Positions 22,971 through 34,944 of a stretch of DNA of 42,436 bases are shown in pieces. The translations under genes were made by a program, and so were the position numbers. The notes under the pieces are model-generated. The model saw only the letters and a program-made list of their open reading frames with translations, ran no database searches and was not told where the DNA came from. Within the stretch, counting starts at the first letter, position 1. Each line of letters opens with the position of its first letter. Location of the stretch: the NCBI RefSeq assembly GCF_004010195.1, contig NW_025214366.1:1-42436 (forward strand). The letters are read 5' to 3'. The DNA is from Chiloscyllium plagiosum (Eukaryota).

Positions 22971-23166
22971 AGATTAGATTAGATTAGATTAGATTAGATT
23001 AGATTAGATTAGATTAGATTAGATTAAATTACATTGCAGTGTGGAAACAGGCCCTTCGGCCCAACAAGTCCACACCGACCCGCCGAAGCGCAACCCACCC
23101 ATTTCCCTACATTTACCCCTTACCTAACACTACGGGCAATTTAGCAAGGCCAATTCACCTGAACCT
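22971..23166 (-). mobile_element. 5'-truncated HE1 SINE with a long (AGATT)n tail
   Basis: (agatt)x~11, then gtggaaacaggcccttcggcccaacaagtccacaccgacc. Confidence 0.85.
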
Positions 23167-23679
23167 CATTATTTGAACCTCATCTGAAATGCTATGTTCC
23201 CCTTCTCTCAACGTTCCCCCTTTCCTGGGATTCCTTACTCTTGTCTCTCATTCTTATCAGGATGTGTGTTATAAATCTTGCTTATGGTATCCCAACTTAT
23301 TTCAGTTAATCCCCTTTCTACCAGGAATTCAATATATTGGCCTGCTGGGTCTTTCCAAAGCTACTGTCTGTCACATTATTGGAGAGAAAAATTCAGGCAT
23401 CAGACTCAGCATTTGAACATATTACACTGTTGTAAATGCACTGTACAAAGGACCACAGCACACAGGAATTGCCAAAACATTGAGGGATGTACATCTACTT
23501 CTTTCGATAATGTAGTTTTCTCATTTTCCACATCTCCATATCTATATCCTCTCTCTCTTGTTCTCCCTTTGTATCGAGTTAAGAAATCCACCAATTATTC
23601 TTCGTGGCCCATGTCTCAAAACTCCTTCTTTCAGTTTATATCTATTGCTCTCTTCTCGATGGAATGTGATTATAATTGA

Positions 23680-23940
23680 GCAACGTAACTACAACGACAT
23701 GCGGGAGGAGCTGGCCAGAGTGAATTGGAAGGGGAACTGAGCAGGAAATACCATGGAGCAGCAATGGGAGGAGTTTCTGTGGATAATTCCGAAGATAATA
23801 CCAGGAATTCAAACCCAAGAAGATGAAACATGTTCATGGGAGGACAAGACAACCACGAGTGATAAGGCATCAAACCAAAAGAGGAAACATACAATGTGGT
23901 GAAGATGATTGGGAATCCTGAGAATTCATTGTCTCTGAAA
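23680..23940 (+). mobile_element. CR1 ORF2 linker fragment
   Basis: NYNDMREELARVNWK, homologous to NCGAMREELAKVQW at ~10930. Confidence 0.7.
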
Positions 23941-24374
23941 CTACATAAGTCTGGCATCACTGACACTACAGGGCTCGTAATCATGGTCAGGAAGAGAAAC
24001 AGAGGAAACACATTCACTTTAAACACAGAAGATGGCATTTCTCAAGGAAAAAGATTCAGGTGAATTAAATATTTGAATTAAGATCAGTTAAATGCTTTTG
24101 CAGAATGTATCATATTGGAAGTAAGACCCGGGGAGATAGACCCTCAGCAGAATGAGAGTTTGAAAATGGATGTATTTCCACATCAATACATAGGTTAGGG
24201 TCACTGAGTGCAGGGCTAATGGGTGAATGGGTCTCAGTGAGAATTGGGGAACAGACAGCAGAATTGCATTGCAGAAATTGCAGCTCGCAACTGCGTATTT
24301 ATGTAGTGCTGTCGACCACAGCAGCAGGAGAAGCAGACCTGCATTCAACCACAACCTGTAACTTTTTGCCAGGA

Positions 24375-25095
24375 TAACACCTCAGTCTATCATTACCATC
24401 AATACAATCTATGGCTCAGTGACGAGTGTGGGTGAACATGTCAGAGTCAGAATCATATGAACCTTAACCTGATGCTAACTCATTAAAGCTACCGGACTTG
24501 AACAACAGATCTGATCGAAGCCCTGCAGTCCTGTCACATCCAGTCATAAATGGTGATGGAAGATTGAACAAATGACTGGAGGAGAGGGCTCCACAAACAT
24601 CCCCATCCTAAATAATGGAACAGACCTTCACATCAGTGTAAAAGAGAAGGATGTTTTATCTGCACCATCCTCTGCCAGAAGCGTTGAGTCGATGATACAT
24701 ATCACCCTCATCATGATGCCCACAAAATCACAGATGCCAGTCTTTAATCAATTCGATTCGCTGCACGTGACATGAAGAAACAGCTGAACACAGTAGATAC
24801 GACAAAGGCAATGGGCCCAGACTCCATTTCTGCAATAGGACTGAAAACCTGTGCTGAACAACAAGCCATGTCCCTGGGGAAGTTGTTTCATTCCAGGTAC
24901 AACTCTAATATGTCCCTGGCAATGTAGAAAATTACTCAGCAATGTCCCATTCCCTAAGAGGGGAATAATTACAAACTGACCAATTACTATCCCCTCAGTT
25001 CCATCACGACAGTCAAATTGGTGGGAGTTCTTTTTGACAGAGCTGTCAAGCAGCACAGAAATAACCTACTCAGTATGGTTTTTGACAGGTCCCCA
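24375..25095 (+). mobile_element. CR1/L2-group LINE ORF2 fragment (second family)
   Basis: GGEGSTNIPILNNG; KKQLNTVDTTKAMGPDSISAIGLKTCA; NYYP. Confidence 0.7.
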
Positions 25096-25099
25096 TGTG

Positions 25100-25470
25100 G
25101 ATATGGTGCTGTGGAAATGTTACTGGATTACTAATCCAGACCAGGCTACTGATCTGGCAACGGGTGGAAGTTAAAGTTAAACGGGTGGAAATAAAATATC
25201 GAGATTTAACATCTGGGGTCAGTAACAGTGACCTTGAAGCCAATATGGATTGTAAACATAATTTCCTTCTCCAATGTACTTTTAGGAAGTGAATCTCCGG
25301 TGACCTCCTGGGCTGGCTTAAAAGTGACTCCAAAGACTCTGACATGTGATAAACATTTCAATGGTCTCTGAAACGGCCAAGCAAGGGCCTTCATTTGTAT
25401 CAAACTACTCCGAGGTCTGAAAGGATGAAACTGGACAGAACACCCGGCCTCAGCATCAGTATTGGAAAAG
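25100..25470 (+). mobile_element. Degraded tRNA-derived SINE
   Basis: Head tggtgctgtggaaatgttactggattactaatccaga; body ttttaggaagtgaatctccg..tggcttaaaagtgactcca..ctctgaaacggccaagcaag. Resembles a common shark SINE. Confidence 0.55.
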
Positions 25471-25559
25471 GGCATGGGATTCTTCCTGATCTCGCCTACT
25501 TATACTTCTCCATGTCCCTCTGTTATTCAATCTCCTCTATGTTTCTAAGTTTCACTGCA

Positions 25560-25800
25560 ATCACCTCTCATGTTTTGAAATTCGAGATCACAGGCTGAGT
25601 TTCCACATCAGACAATCTTGCCATTTTAGGGATTAATCTGGATAATACCTTTTGCAGTTCCTCTGTAGTCAATATGTTCTTTCTTAGATTGGGACTCCGA
25701 ACGGTACACAATACTCTAAGTGTAGTCTCATGAACACTCGATACAACTGGTGCACGACATCCTCTATATTCCAATTACATTCACATGAATGTAAACTTAG
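25560..25800 (-). mobile_element. CR1 RT C-terminal fragment
   Basis: TVRSPNLRKNILTTEELQK..RLIPKM. Confidence 0.65.
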
Positions 25801-26737
25801 TTTTTACTTTCCCATTTGCATATATTCTTCTCAATACCTCTCGCTTTAACTTTTCTTATGAGCTTACTGTGTGAGTTATTTGAAAAAAAAAGCTCATGAA
25901 TATCCAACTTCACGTTATCCATTGGTTCTTCATTGCCTATGTCNNNNNNNNNNNNNNNNNNNNNNNNNNNNNNNNNNNNNNNNNNNNNNNNNNNNNNNNN
26001 NNNNNNNNNNNNNNNNNNNNNNNNNNNNNNNNNNNNNNNNNNNNNNNNNNNNNNNNNNNNNNNNNNNNNNNNNNNNNNNNNNNNNNNNNNNNNNNNNNNN
26101 NNNNNNNNNNNNNNNNNNNNNNNNNNNNNNNNNNNNNNNNNNNNNNNNNNNNNNNNNNNNNNNNNNNNNNNNNNNNNNNNNNNNNNNNNNNNNNNNNNNN
26201 NNNNNNNNNNNNNNNNNNNNNNNNNNNNNNNNNNNNNNNNNNNNNNNNNNNNNNNNNNNNNNNNNNNNNNNNNNNNNNNNNNNNNNNNNNNNNNNNNNNN
26301 NNNNNNNNNNNNNNNNNNNNNNNNNNNNNNNNNNNNNNNNNNNNNNNNNNNNNNNNNNNNNNNNNNNNNNNNNNNNNNNNNNNNNNNNNNNNNNNNNNNN
26401 NNNNNNNNNNNNNNNNNNNNNNNNNNNNNNNNNNNNNNNNNNNNNNNNNNNNNNNNNNNNNNNNNNNNNNNNNNNNNNNNNNNNNNNNNNNNNNNNNNNN
26501 NNNNNNNNNNNNNNNNNNNNNNNNNNNNNNNNNNNNNNNNNNNNNNNNNNNNNNNNNNNNNNNNNNNNNNNNNNNNNNNNNNNNNNNNNNNNNNNNNNNN
26601 NNNNNNNNNNNNNNNNNNNNNNNNNNNNNNNNNNNNNNNNNNNNNNNNNNNNNNNNNNNNNNNNNNNNNNNNNNNNNNNNNNNNNNNNNNNNNNNNNNNN
26701 NNNNNNNNNNNNNNNNNNNNNNNNNNNNNNNNNNNNN

Positions 26738-27180
26738 CAGGCCCGGGATCCTCATGTCCTTGGCAGAGTGGGAAGGGGAGTTAAAGTGCTCAGCCACAAG
26801 GTGATGGAGTTGTTCAATGTGGCTGTTCCAGAGATGTTCTCTGAAATGATCCACAAGTTGACCTCCTGCCTCGCCAATGTAGAGAAGACCACACTGGGTT
26901 TAACAGATGCAGTAGATGAGGCGTTTTGTCTCCCTTTGTCACCTATCACTTTCAACCCCACCTTCATCTACATATCGCAATTCCTGCTAACCTCCCCCCT
27001 GCCGCACCCCCTTCCCATTTATCTCTCAGTCCCCTTGGCCAATAAGCTTCATTCCTGATGAAGTGCTTATGCCCGAAACATCGATTTATCTGCTCTTCGT
27101 ATGCTGCTTGACTGTGCTTTTCCAGCACCACACTCTTCGACTCTGATCTCCAGCATCTGTAGTCCCCACTTTCTCCTCAC
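26738..27180. mobile_element. Penelope-like fragment: GIY-YIG on the minus strand joined to a plus-strand pseudo-LTR with hammerhead (27055-27082)
   Basis: Minus LIYCIC*TQCGLLYIGEAGGQLVDHFREHL..VAEHFNSPSHS; plus CTGATGAagtgcttatgcccGAAAcatc. Confidence 0.85.
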
Positions 27181-28465
27181 ACCTTCATGGCTTGCATGAC
27201 TCAGATTTATAACGGTTACTTCAAATAAAACAAAATCTGTCGTGTACTCAAACAGCATGAAAGAAAACCAATACATTGTCGTCACTGTTCCCAAAAGGTC
27301 CTTTCCAGCAAAATTTTCAATTAGCTCTTCTGATCACTCAACGCCAATTCCTAAATAACCTGATCTCCAGCTCAGTGCTCGACATAATGTTCACGTTAAC
27401 CATCTCACACGTGGTCATGAAATCCATTTTTCCCATCATTAGTATTCAATTGGGTTAACGCAGTTTAGATATAATTTAAACAGTAGATTATTACTGTAGT
27501 ACCCACAAATGTGTATATTTCATTTCCTGTTTTATAACATGTCCAGCATTTGTATTGCAGCTTTCACTTTGATATATAACTCCCATCAATGTTTGCTGCT
27601 CCTTGCTGTTTTTGCGCTCCACCTTGCTAGATTAGATTAGATTACATTACATTACAGTGTGGAAACAGGCCCTGCAGCCCAACAAGTCCACACTGCCCCG
27701 NNNNNNNNNNNNNNNNNNNNNNNNNNNNNNNNNNNNNNNNNNNNNACGGATGCAGTAGATGAGGCGTTCTGTCTCCCTTTGTCACCTATCACTTTCAACC
27801 CCACCTTCATCAATTCCTGCTAACCTCCCCCCTGCCGCACTCCCTTCCCATTTATCTCTCAGCCCCCTTGGCCAATAAGCTTCATTCCTGATGAAGGGCT
27901 TATGCCCGAAACATCGATTTATCTGCTCTTAGTATGCTGCCTGACTGTGCTTTTCCAGCACCACACTCTTTGACTCTGATCTCCAGCATCTGTAGCCCCC
28001 ACTTCCTCCTCACACCTTCATGGTTTGCATGACTCAAATTTACAACCGTTACTTCAGATAAAACAAAATCTGCCATGTACTCAAACAGCATGAAAGAAAA
28101 CCAATACATTGTGGTCACTGTTCCCAAAAGGTCCTTTCCAGCAAAATTTTCAATTAGCTCTTCTGATCACTCAACGCCAATTCCTAAATAACCTGATCTC
28201 CAGCTCAGTGCTCCACATAATGTTCACGTTAACCATCTCACACGTGGTCATGAAATCCCTTTTTCCCATCATTAGTATTCAATTGGGTTAACACAGTTTA
28301 GATATAATTTAAACAGTAGATTATTACTGTAGTACCCACAAATGTGTATATGTCATTTCCTGTTTTATAACATGTCCAGCATTTGTATTGCAGCTTTCAC
28401 TTTGATATATAACTCCCATCAATGTTTGCTCCTCCTTGCTGTTTCTGAGCTCCATCTTACTAGAT
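26905..28465. repeat. ~720-bp direct duplication (26905-27632 / 27749-28465) separated by an HE1 tail and an N-gap
   Basis: Near-identical ORFs 27067/27900 and 27276/28109. Each copy has a Penelope pLTR and a CR1 endonuclease fragment. Confidence 0.9.
27888..27915 (+). ncRNA. Minimal hammerhead ribozyme motif
   Basis: CTGATGA-a-gggc-ttat-gccc-GAAA-catc (stem III CpG decayed). Confidence 0.65.
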
Positions 28466-28664
28466 TCTGTGGAATCTGAGCGACGTGGGCTCTGGTAATG
28501 GTAGAGGTCATCTCGCCACATCATTTATGATCTTCTCAAACTTCAATTTCTCCAGATCTCCCGTTATGTTGATGGAATAGAGAAGGACAATGATCTTCCA
28601 CCAATGCCCTGTATTCCCCCAGAGAGCTGAGACTGCTCCAAATGGGTGTGAACCTTACAGCAGG

Positions 28665-29285
28665 CTGGAAAAAGTATTGCTGCAGCTGTACAGGGTCTTA
28701 GTGATTAGGTTAGATTAGATGATTTACAGTGTGGAAACAGGGCCTTCGGCCAAACAAGTCCACACCGACCCCCCGAAGCGCAACCCACCCATACCCACTC
28801 CCCTACATTTACCCCTTCACCTAATACTACGGGCAATTTAGCATGGCCAATTCACCTCACCTGCACATCTTTGGACTGTTGGAGGAAACCCACGCAGACA
28901 CAGGGAAAATATGCAAACTCCACACTTTCGGTCACCTGAGGCGGGAGTTGAACCCAGGTCACTGGCACTGTGAGGCAGCAATGCTAACCACTGTGCCACC
29001 GTGCCGCCCACTGAGCATTGCTGGAAGATCATTGTCCTTCTCTACTCCATCAGATTAACGGGAGATCTGGTGAAATTAAAGTTTGAGATCACATCTGGAG
29101 TAGTGTGTACAGATTTAATCTCTTCAATGAAGAAAGGATGTTGTTATATTGGAAGCAGCTCAGAGATGGTTCCCTCAACTGATTCCTGCAATGAAGGTGC
29201 GAGCTTATAATGAAAGGATGATCACGTTGACCCAGTAGCCACTGGAGTTTACGAAAATTAAAGATGATCTCGTTTGAACATAGAT
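28665..29285 (+). mobile_element. Old CR1 RT C-terminal fragment split by the HE1 SINE
   Basis: KVLLQLYRVLV | RSHLE*CVQ..LEAAQRWFPQLIP. Confidence 0.75.
28703..29010 (-). mobile_element. Full-length HE1 V-SINE
   Basis: Head gggcggcacggtggcacagtggttagcattgctgcctcacagtgccag..gggttcaactccc; V-domain gtgtggagtttgcatatt; CR1-like tail and (aatct)n. Confidence 0.92.
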
Positions 29286-29319
29286 GACAGATGGAATCAA
29301 CAAGTGAAGTGAATTACAC

Positions 29320-30230
29320 AGATAGTGGAGGAATCCATTCCGTTCTCCATCCTGTTACACAGGAAGAACAGGAGGATATTCAGGCCTTCAAACCTGTTAC
29401 ACCAAAACAGAACGAGGCTATTCAGCCCCTGGAGCCTGATATGCATTTACAGAAGGAGGCCAATCAGCCACTCGAGCCTATAACAATAGGCCATCTGCTG
29501 CACCTGTATCCTGTTAAACAGCAACAGGATCAGTCCATTCAGCCTATTCAAGTCTGTAACATAGGAACTGGAAGAGGTCACACAGTGACTGGAGATTGTT
29601 AAAGCCTTTACGTTTTCTTTGAATTCCTGTTTAATGGGCACAAGGCTTTAAGAGGTCTACTCCAATTGCTGAGTAAGAGCCATGTGTGGCTCAATGCACT
29701 CATCATCCTGAGTCAGCCATTCGAGCCTATAACAGTAGGTCATGCTGCACCAGTATCCTGTTAAACAGCAACAGGATCAGTCCATTCAGCCTCCTCAAGT
29801 CTGTAACATAGGAACTGGAAGAGGTCACACAGTGACTGGAGATTGTTACACTTGGACATAGGAGGCCATTCAGACCCACCGAGCCTATTGCAAGGGAATT
29901 GGATAAGGATAAAAAAACTATCTGAGACTTCTTTCATGAGAAAGGAAGAGGTAATTTAGACACGTGTCTATTGTATGGGAACAAGAGAAGACCAATCAAT
30001 CCCTCGGTCCCAACCCGGGATACATGAGGACGCCGTTCAGTATATCCACCTGTTATGGAGAAGTATGAGAAGACCCATCAGCCCCTCAAAATGTTAGACA
30101 GCAACAGTAACAATCTATAATCTCCCAATCCTCTAAAGCATCATCAGGAGGTCATTCTGGCTTTGGAGATGACAACATGGGAACACCAGAAAGACGTCAG
30201 CCCATTGATTTTGTACATCAACAGGATGAT
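29320..30230. repeat. Degenerate ~42-bp tandem repeat derived from the CR1 3' terminus
   Basis: Units approximate GGAACAGGAGGAGGCCATTCAGCCCCTCGAGCCTGTTACACA and match the reverse complement of 12865-12905. Confidence 0.7.
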
Positions 30231-30331
30231 GAGTGCATTGAGCCACACATGGCTCTTCCTCAGCAATTGGAGTAGACCTCTTAAAACCTTGTGCCCATTA
30301 AATAGGAATTAAAAGAAAACGTAAAGGCTTT

Positions 30332-31930
30332 CGAAAGGGAAGAACTTATAATAATGGCATACATTACGGACTAAAGTGCAACAATAAACTATTGTAATTT
30401 AAGGCAAATTGCTAGAGTCCATTGTTCAGGACATTTTCAAAATTAAACCACAATCCGTCAGAGTCAACATGGTTTTACGAGGGCTAAATCATGTTTGAAT
30501 TGTTTGCTTGAGTTATCTGAAGGCGCCACAAACAAGGTGGATCGTGGGAATCCTGGAGAAGGAACATATCTGGTCTTCCTAAAGGCATCAGATATGTTGC
30601 TTCTCCAAAGAGTAAGTGCTAAGATCAGACTGCATGGGCTTAGGAGTAGTGTATCAGCTTGGGTGGAGGATTGGCTAACCAACAAAATGTAGTCAGATGG
30701 AAGAAATGTGTAATTTTCTTGTGGCAAATGCAATTTGTGGGGTGCCATTGATTTCAGTGCTCATTAACAGGATGGAGAACGGAATGGATTCCTCCACTAT
30801 CTGTGTAATTCACTTCACTTGTTGATTCCATCTGTCATCTATGTTCAAACAAGATCATCGAAAGGGAAGAACTTATAATAATGGCATACATTACGGACTA
30901 AAGTGCAACAATAAACTATTTTAATTTAAGGCAAATTGATAGAGTCCATTGTTCAGGACATTTTCAAAATTAAACCACAATCCGTCAGAGTCAACATGGT
31001 TTTACGAGGGCTAAATCGTGTTTGAATTATTTGCTTGAGTTATTTGTAGGCGCCACAAGGTGGATCGTGGGAATCCTGGAGAAGGAACATATCTGGTCTT
31101 CCTGAAGGCATCAGATATGTTGCTTCTCCAAAGAGTAAGTGCTAAGATCAGACTGCATGGGTTTAGGAGTAATTTATCAGCTTGGATGGAGGATTGGCTA
31201 ACCAACAAAATTTTCTTTTGGCAAATGCAATTTGTGGGGTGCCATTGATTTCAGTACTCATGCCTCAACCATTTGCGATCGATGGTATTACTGTACTCGG
31301 TTGACGGCATAGAAAATACGATGCCACATTTTCAGATGACACTAACATTGGTGGGAAATTACTTTGGAATGGTGTTGCAAGAGATTTTAAAACTATATAT
31401 GGATAGGTTGGATGAATCGGCCAACATTTGGCAAAGAAAATTAAAGTGAATAAATATGGAGCTATTCAAGTTGTCCAGTATAATAGAAATACAAATTATT
31501 ATCTAAATGAAGAGAAAGTTCAAAGTGCTTAGGTGCAGAGGGATCTGGATGTCTGCTTGCATAGGGGTACTGCAAGTAATGAGAAATGCAAGCATAATTT
31601 CAGTGTTTATTTATAAAAGGATAGAGTAGAAAGGTAGGGAGTGTTGGTGTAGCTATGCAAGGCATGTGTGAGGCTGCAACTGGAATACAGTTTGGGTGTC
31701 CTGCAGAATGAGGTATTTGCATTGGAGGCAATTCAAAAGAGCTTCATTAGATTGATTCCATATTTGAAGTGTTTGTCTTATGAAGAGAAATTGAGCAGTT
31801 TAGTCCTATACTCTCGAGTTTATAAGAATGAAAGTAGATCTAATTGAGGTCTGTAACATGCGAAAAGTAATTGAAAGTGTAGATGTGGAGTGGATATTTT
31901 TTCATGTGGCGCAATCTACAACATGCGACT
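30332..31930 (+). mobile_element. CR1 RT region with a ~430-bp internal duplication (30332-30762 / 30859-31260)
   Basis: SQHGFTRAKSCLNCLLE..FLKASD..WVEDWLTN occurs twice; later FSDDTNIGG. Confidence 0.85.
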
Positions 31931-32109
31931 AGGGTTTAGGATGGAGAAATGTCAGGAAAGTGGAACAGAGGCTGGGTTGACATCAGCCTCATCGAGGGGT
32001 TGGATTCCTCACAGATACTCCTTGTTCTTATTCAACTCTTCGACTGTGTTGCACAGGAATGGGGGAGGACTGGGTATCATACAGGGAGCAGGCACTCAGG
32101 ATAAATCAA

Positions 32110-32423
32110 TTAGAGAGAACGTAACCAGTAGGGTCACACAGTGACCAGCGCTGGGTTCTGAACTATTTGCAGTGTATCTTAATGATCAGGAGGATCGAAC
32201 AGATATACAGGTGCTGAGTTTGGTGATGTCGCTGCGATAAGCAAGAGATTAAATTATCAAGAAAGGGTGGAGAGTCTGCAAATAGATTCAGAGAGGTAAA
32301 GGCAATAGATAATAGTTTGGCAGGTGGAAGTTAACATGATAAAACCTGTCATTTCATTTACAGGAATAATGGAAAGCAATATGTTACTGAAATCGAGAGG
32401 GATTACAGGGCTTAATGATATTG
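32110..32423 (+). mobile_element. Old CR1 RT fragment
   Basis: Degenerate VTSRVTQ*PALG..YLND..EFGDV..WQVEVN. Confidence 0.55.
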
Positions 32424-33297
32424 TGTACTGGGGGGTTCACTCAGATCCGTTCAGACATGGGAGGTTTTGCCCCATCCATGATCGCCAGCTCCCAGACACT
32501 CCAAGTGACCCTATTGCTTTCCGAACACATGGAATACTTTGATGTGGTTGATTGGTGGTGGGGATGGTGTTTTGGAACGTGCATCAAGGGGACGGCCTTT
32601 ATCCGAGATATATTCATTTCTTTCGAGACCCGATGATGATGGGAATGGCTGACTGCTTCTGAATGAAGAGGCCGTGACTGCTGCCAGGACAGTGGGTATT
32701 CACCAACATGATGTACTGTGCATGGACACACTGTAACATTAATAGAGAGAGAGCTCCTTCAGTTCCTCTACCTCTCCCCATTGACATGGATACTCTGCAG
32801 ATGCCATGTACACCATCGGGAATCCCACTATACTGGATACACCCGGCAGCTCCCGGCTGTGGGAGGAAGAATGTATTGACCTCGTCCACCATATACATCC
32901 TCCATCACCGAATGGTGACATTGATGTTGAGATACTGGGAGATGATGGATATGTAACCTAGTCCTGCCTGGAAAGTTCTGGATCATAGAAGCTGAATGAA
33001 ACAGTGACCCGAACAGCCACTGGCAGCACCATTCTCCCCCTGGTGTGAAGCTGCAGGTCGTGTTGAAGGAGGTGACACCGCTCTGTGACCAGCTCCTTGT
33101 TCGGTCAGGGCCCGACACACTCTGCTCCTGGGTTAAGTGTAGCTTGGGTAGCTTTTCCGGGAATACTCGCGGTGGATACAGCAGATCCCTTTCCCAGCAC
33201 ACAAAAAATCTGTGGTTTCAGAGCTTCCCCTCTCTGCAGCCTCTGCTCCATTTGTTGTTCATGTTACAGACCAAGATGCTGTAACTACAGTCCCCAT
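32424..33297 (-). pseudogene. PIF/Harbinger (HARBI1-like) DDE transposase, near full-length relic
   Basis: MGTVV..LYPPRVF..LHLTQEQ..VLPVAVRVTVSFSFY..FQAGLGYISIISQ..IVGFP..IMLVNTHCPGSSHGLFIQKQSAIP..SDKGRPL..LPCLNGS..QY, with many frameshifts. Confidence 0.8.
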
Positions 33298-33891
33298 GCT
33301 CCATCCCGAGTTAGGTCACCAAATCCTCAGGTCTTCCTGAATGTCTGAGGCAGCTCACAGCCCAACCTCCAGCAAACCATCCCCAGCCCCTGCACTAAAT
33401 TTTCCATTACAGGAGGAAGTCACAAACCCCTCGGCTACAAGTGTTGTGGACCAGACCAGATCCCCGAAAAATATTTTAAGAAAGCCGTTTATACCCAAAC
33501 CTTTCCTTATTTTGAATATAGAAGTGTGCGTTCCAGATATGTTGTGACTGGTCAAACCATTCGACATTAAGCAAAATATAATCTAATCAAATGCTTTAGT
33601 TAAAATACAATCAAAGATAAGAACATTTCGGGATGGCTTTTCTGTTGGAACACTTACACAAACAATAGACACCGTACCTTCTTGGTTTACACCTCTTGGC
33701 ACAAGATATATTCAAATACATAGGAGTCTACAACTGAAGTGTCTCCCACCCGCCCTCCTCCTCTAACCTACTTAATAAGGTAAGGTTTATTCTAAACTTC
33801 CTCTATTGAATATAAGTTTGTTAATAATTTTATAGCAACTTGAACTAAGCTTTCTACTTTAGTACTGAGTGGGTGTTCAGATAAGTAGGGT

Positions 33892-34823
33892 ATGGATGCT
33901 CGGGCAGTTGCTTGCTCCTCCTGCAGAATGTGGCAGGTGGGAGACATGGCACACGTCTCCACCGGCTACAACTGCGGGAAGTGCACCCAAGTCCAGCTCC
34001 TTGAAAACCGTGTTAGGGAATTGGAGTTGGAGCTGGATGAACTACGGATCATTCGGGAGGCTGAGGGGATAATGGAGAGGAGTTACCCGGCTTGGTCACT
34101 CCTAAAACTCAGGACAAGGATAGATGGGTTACAGTTAGGGAGAGGAAAGGGGACAGACAGAGCAGAGATCCCCTGTGGACATTCCCCTCAGCAATAAGCA
34201 TACCATTTTGGATACTGCTGGGGGGGGATGACCTACCATAGGAAAGCCATAGCAGTCAGTTCTCTGGCACTGAGCCTGACACTGTGGCAAAGAAGGGAAG
34301 GGGGCAGAATAGAAATGTATTCGTGGTAGGGGACTCTATAGTTAGTGGAATCGACCGGAGATTTTGTGGTCAGGATCGGGATTCCCGGAAGGTATGTTGC
34401 CTCCCTGGTGACAGGGTCCGGGACGTCTCCGATCGGGTGTATAAGCTTCTTAAAGGGGAGGGCGAACAGCCAGAAATCATGTTGCATATTGGCACTAATG
34501 ATATAACCAGGAAAAGGATTGAGGATATAAAAAGATCTTTCAGGGAGTTAGGATGGAAGCTGCAAAGCAGGACGAACAGAATAGTGTTCTCTAGTTTACT
34601 ACCGATGCCACGATATAGCGAGGTGAGGAACAGGGAGCGGGCGCAGCTTAACACGTGGCTGCGCAGCTGGTGTTGGAGGGAGGGCTTCAGGTATGTAGAT
34701 AATTGGGATGCCTTTTGGGGAACGTGGGACCTGTAGAAGAAGGTCGGGTTGCATCTGAACTGGAAAGGGACCAATGTCCTGCGTGGAAGTTTTGCTTGAG
34801 TAGTTCGAGAGGGTTTAAACTAG
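33892..34823 (+). pseudogene. CR1 ORF1: zinc finger, leucine zipper and SGNH/GDSL esterase
   Basis: CSSC..CGKC, LLENRVRELELELDEL, VVGDSIV, HIGTND, GLHLNWKG; stops and frameshifts. Confidence 0.9.
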
Positions 34824-34944
34824 TATGGCAGGGGGGTGGGAACCTGAGCTGTGTACCGGAGGTGTGAGTTGATCCAGACGAGGCAATAGCAAGAGGTAGA
34901 CCAGCTAGTGGGAAGGATTTTCCTGGGAAGGAACCAAGGGATCA

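Noticed and set aside
13220..27058. Long ORFs of 240-395 aa in the ORF track spanning N-runs
   Set aside because: They are artefacts of assembly gaps translated as X.
28940..29010. tRNA-like A/B box sequence
   Set aside because: It is the head of an HE1 SINE, not a tRNA gene.
29291..29602. ORF with 14-aa repeats, or a CRISPR-like repeat-spacer look
   Set aside because: It is the translation of the degenerate 42-bp satellite. There are no identical repeats with unique spacers, no cas genes, and the context is eukaryotic.
32424..33297. Domesticated HARBI1 gene
   Set aside because: Multiple frameshifts and stops, plus several related fragments in the window, indicate transposon relics.
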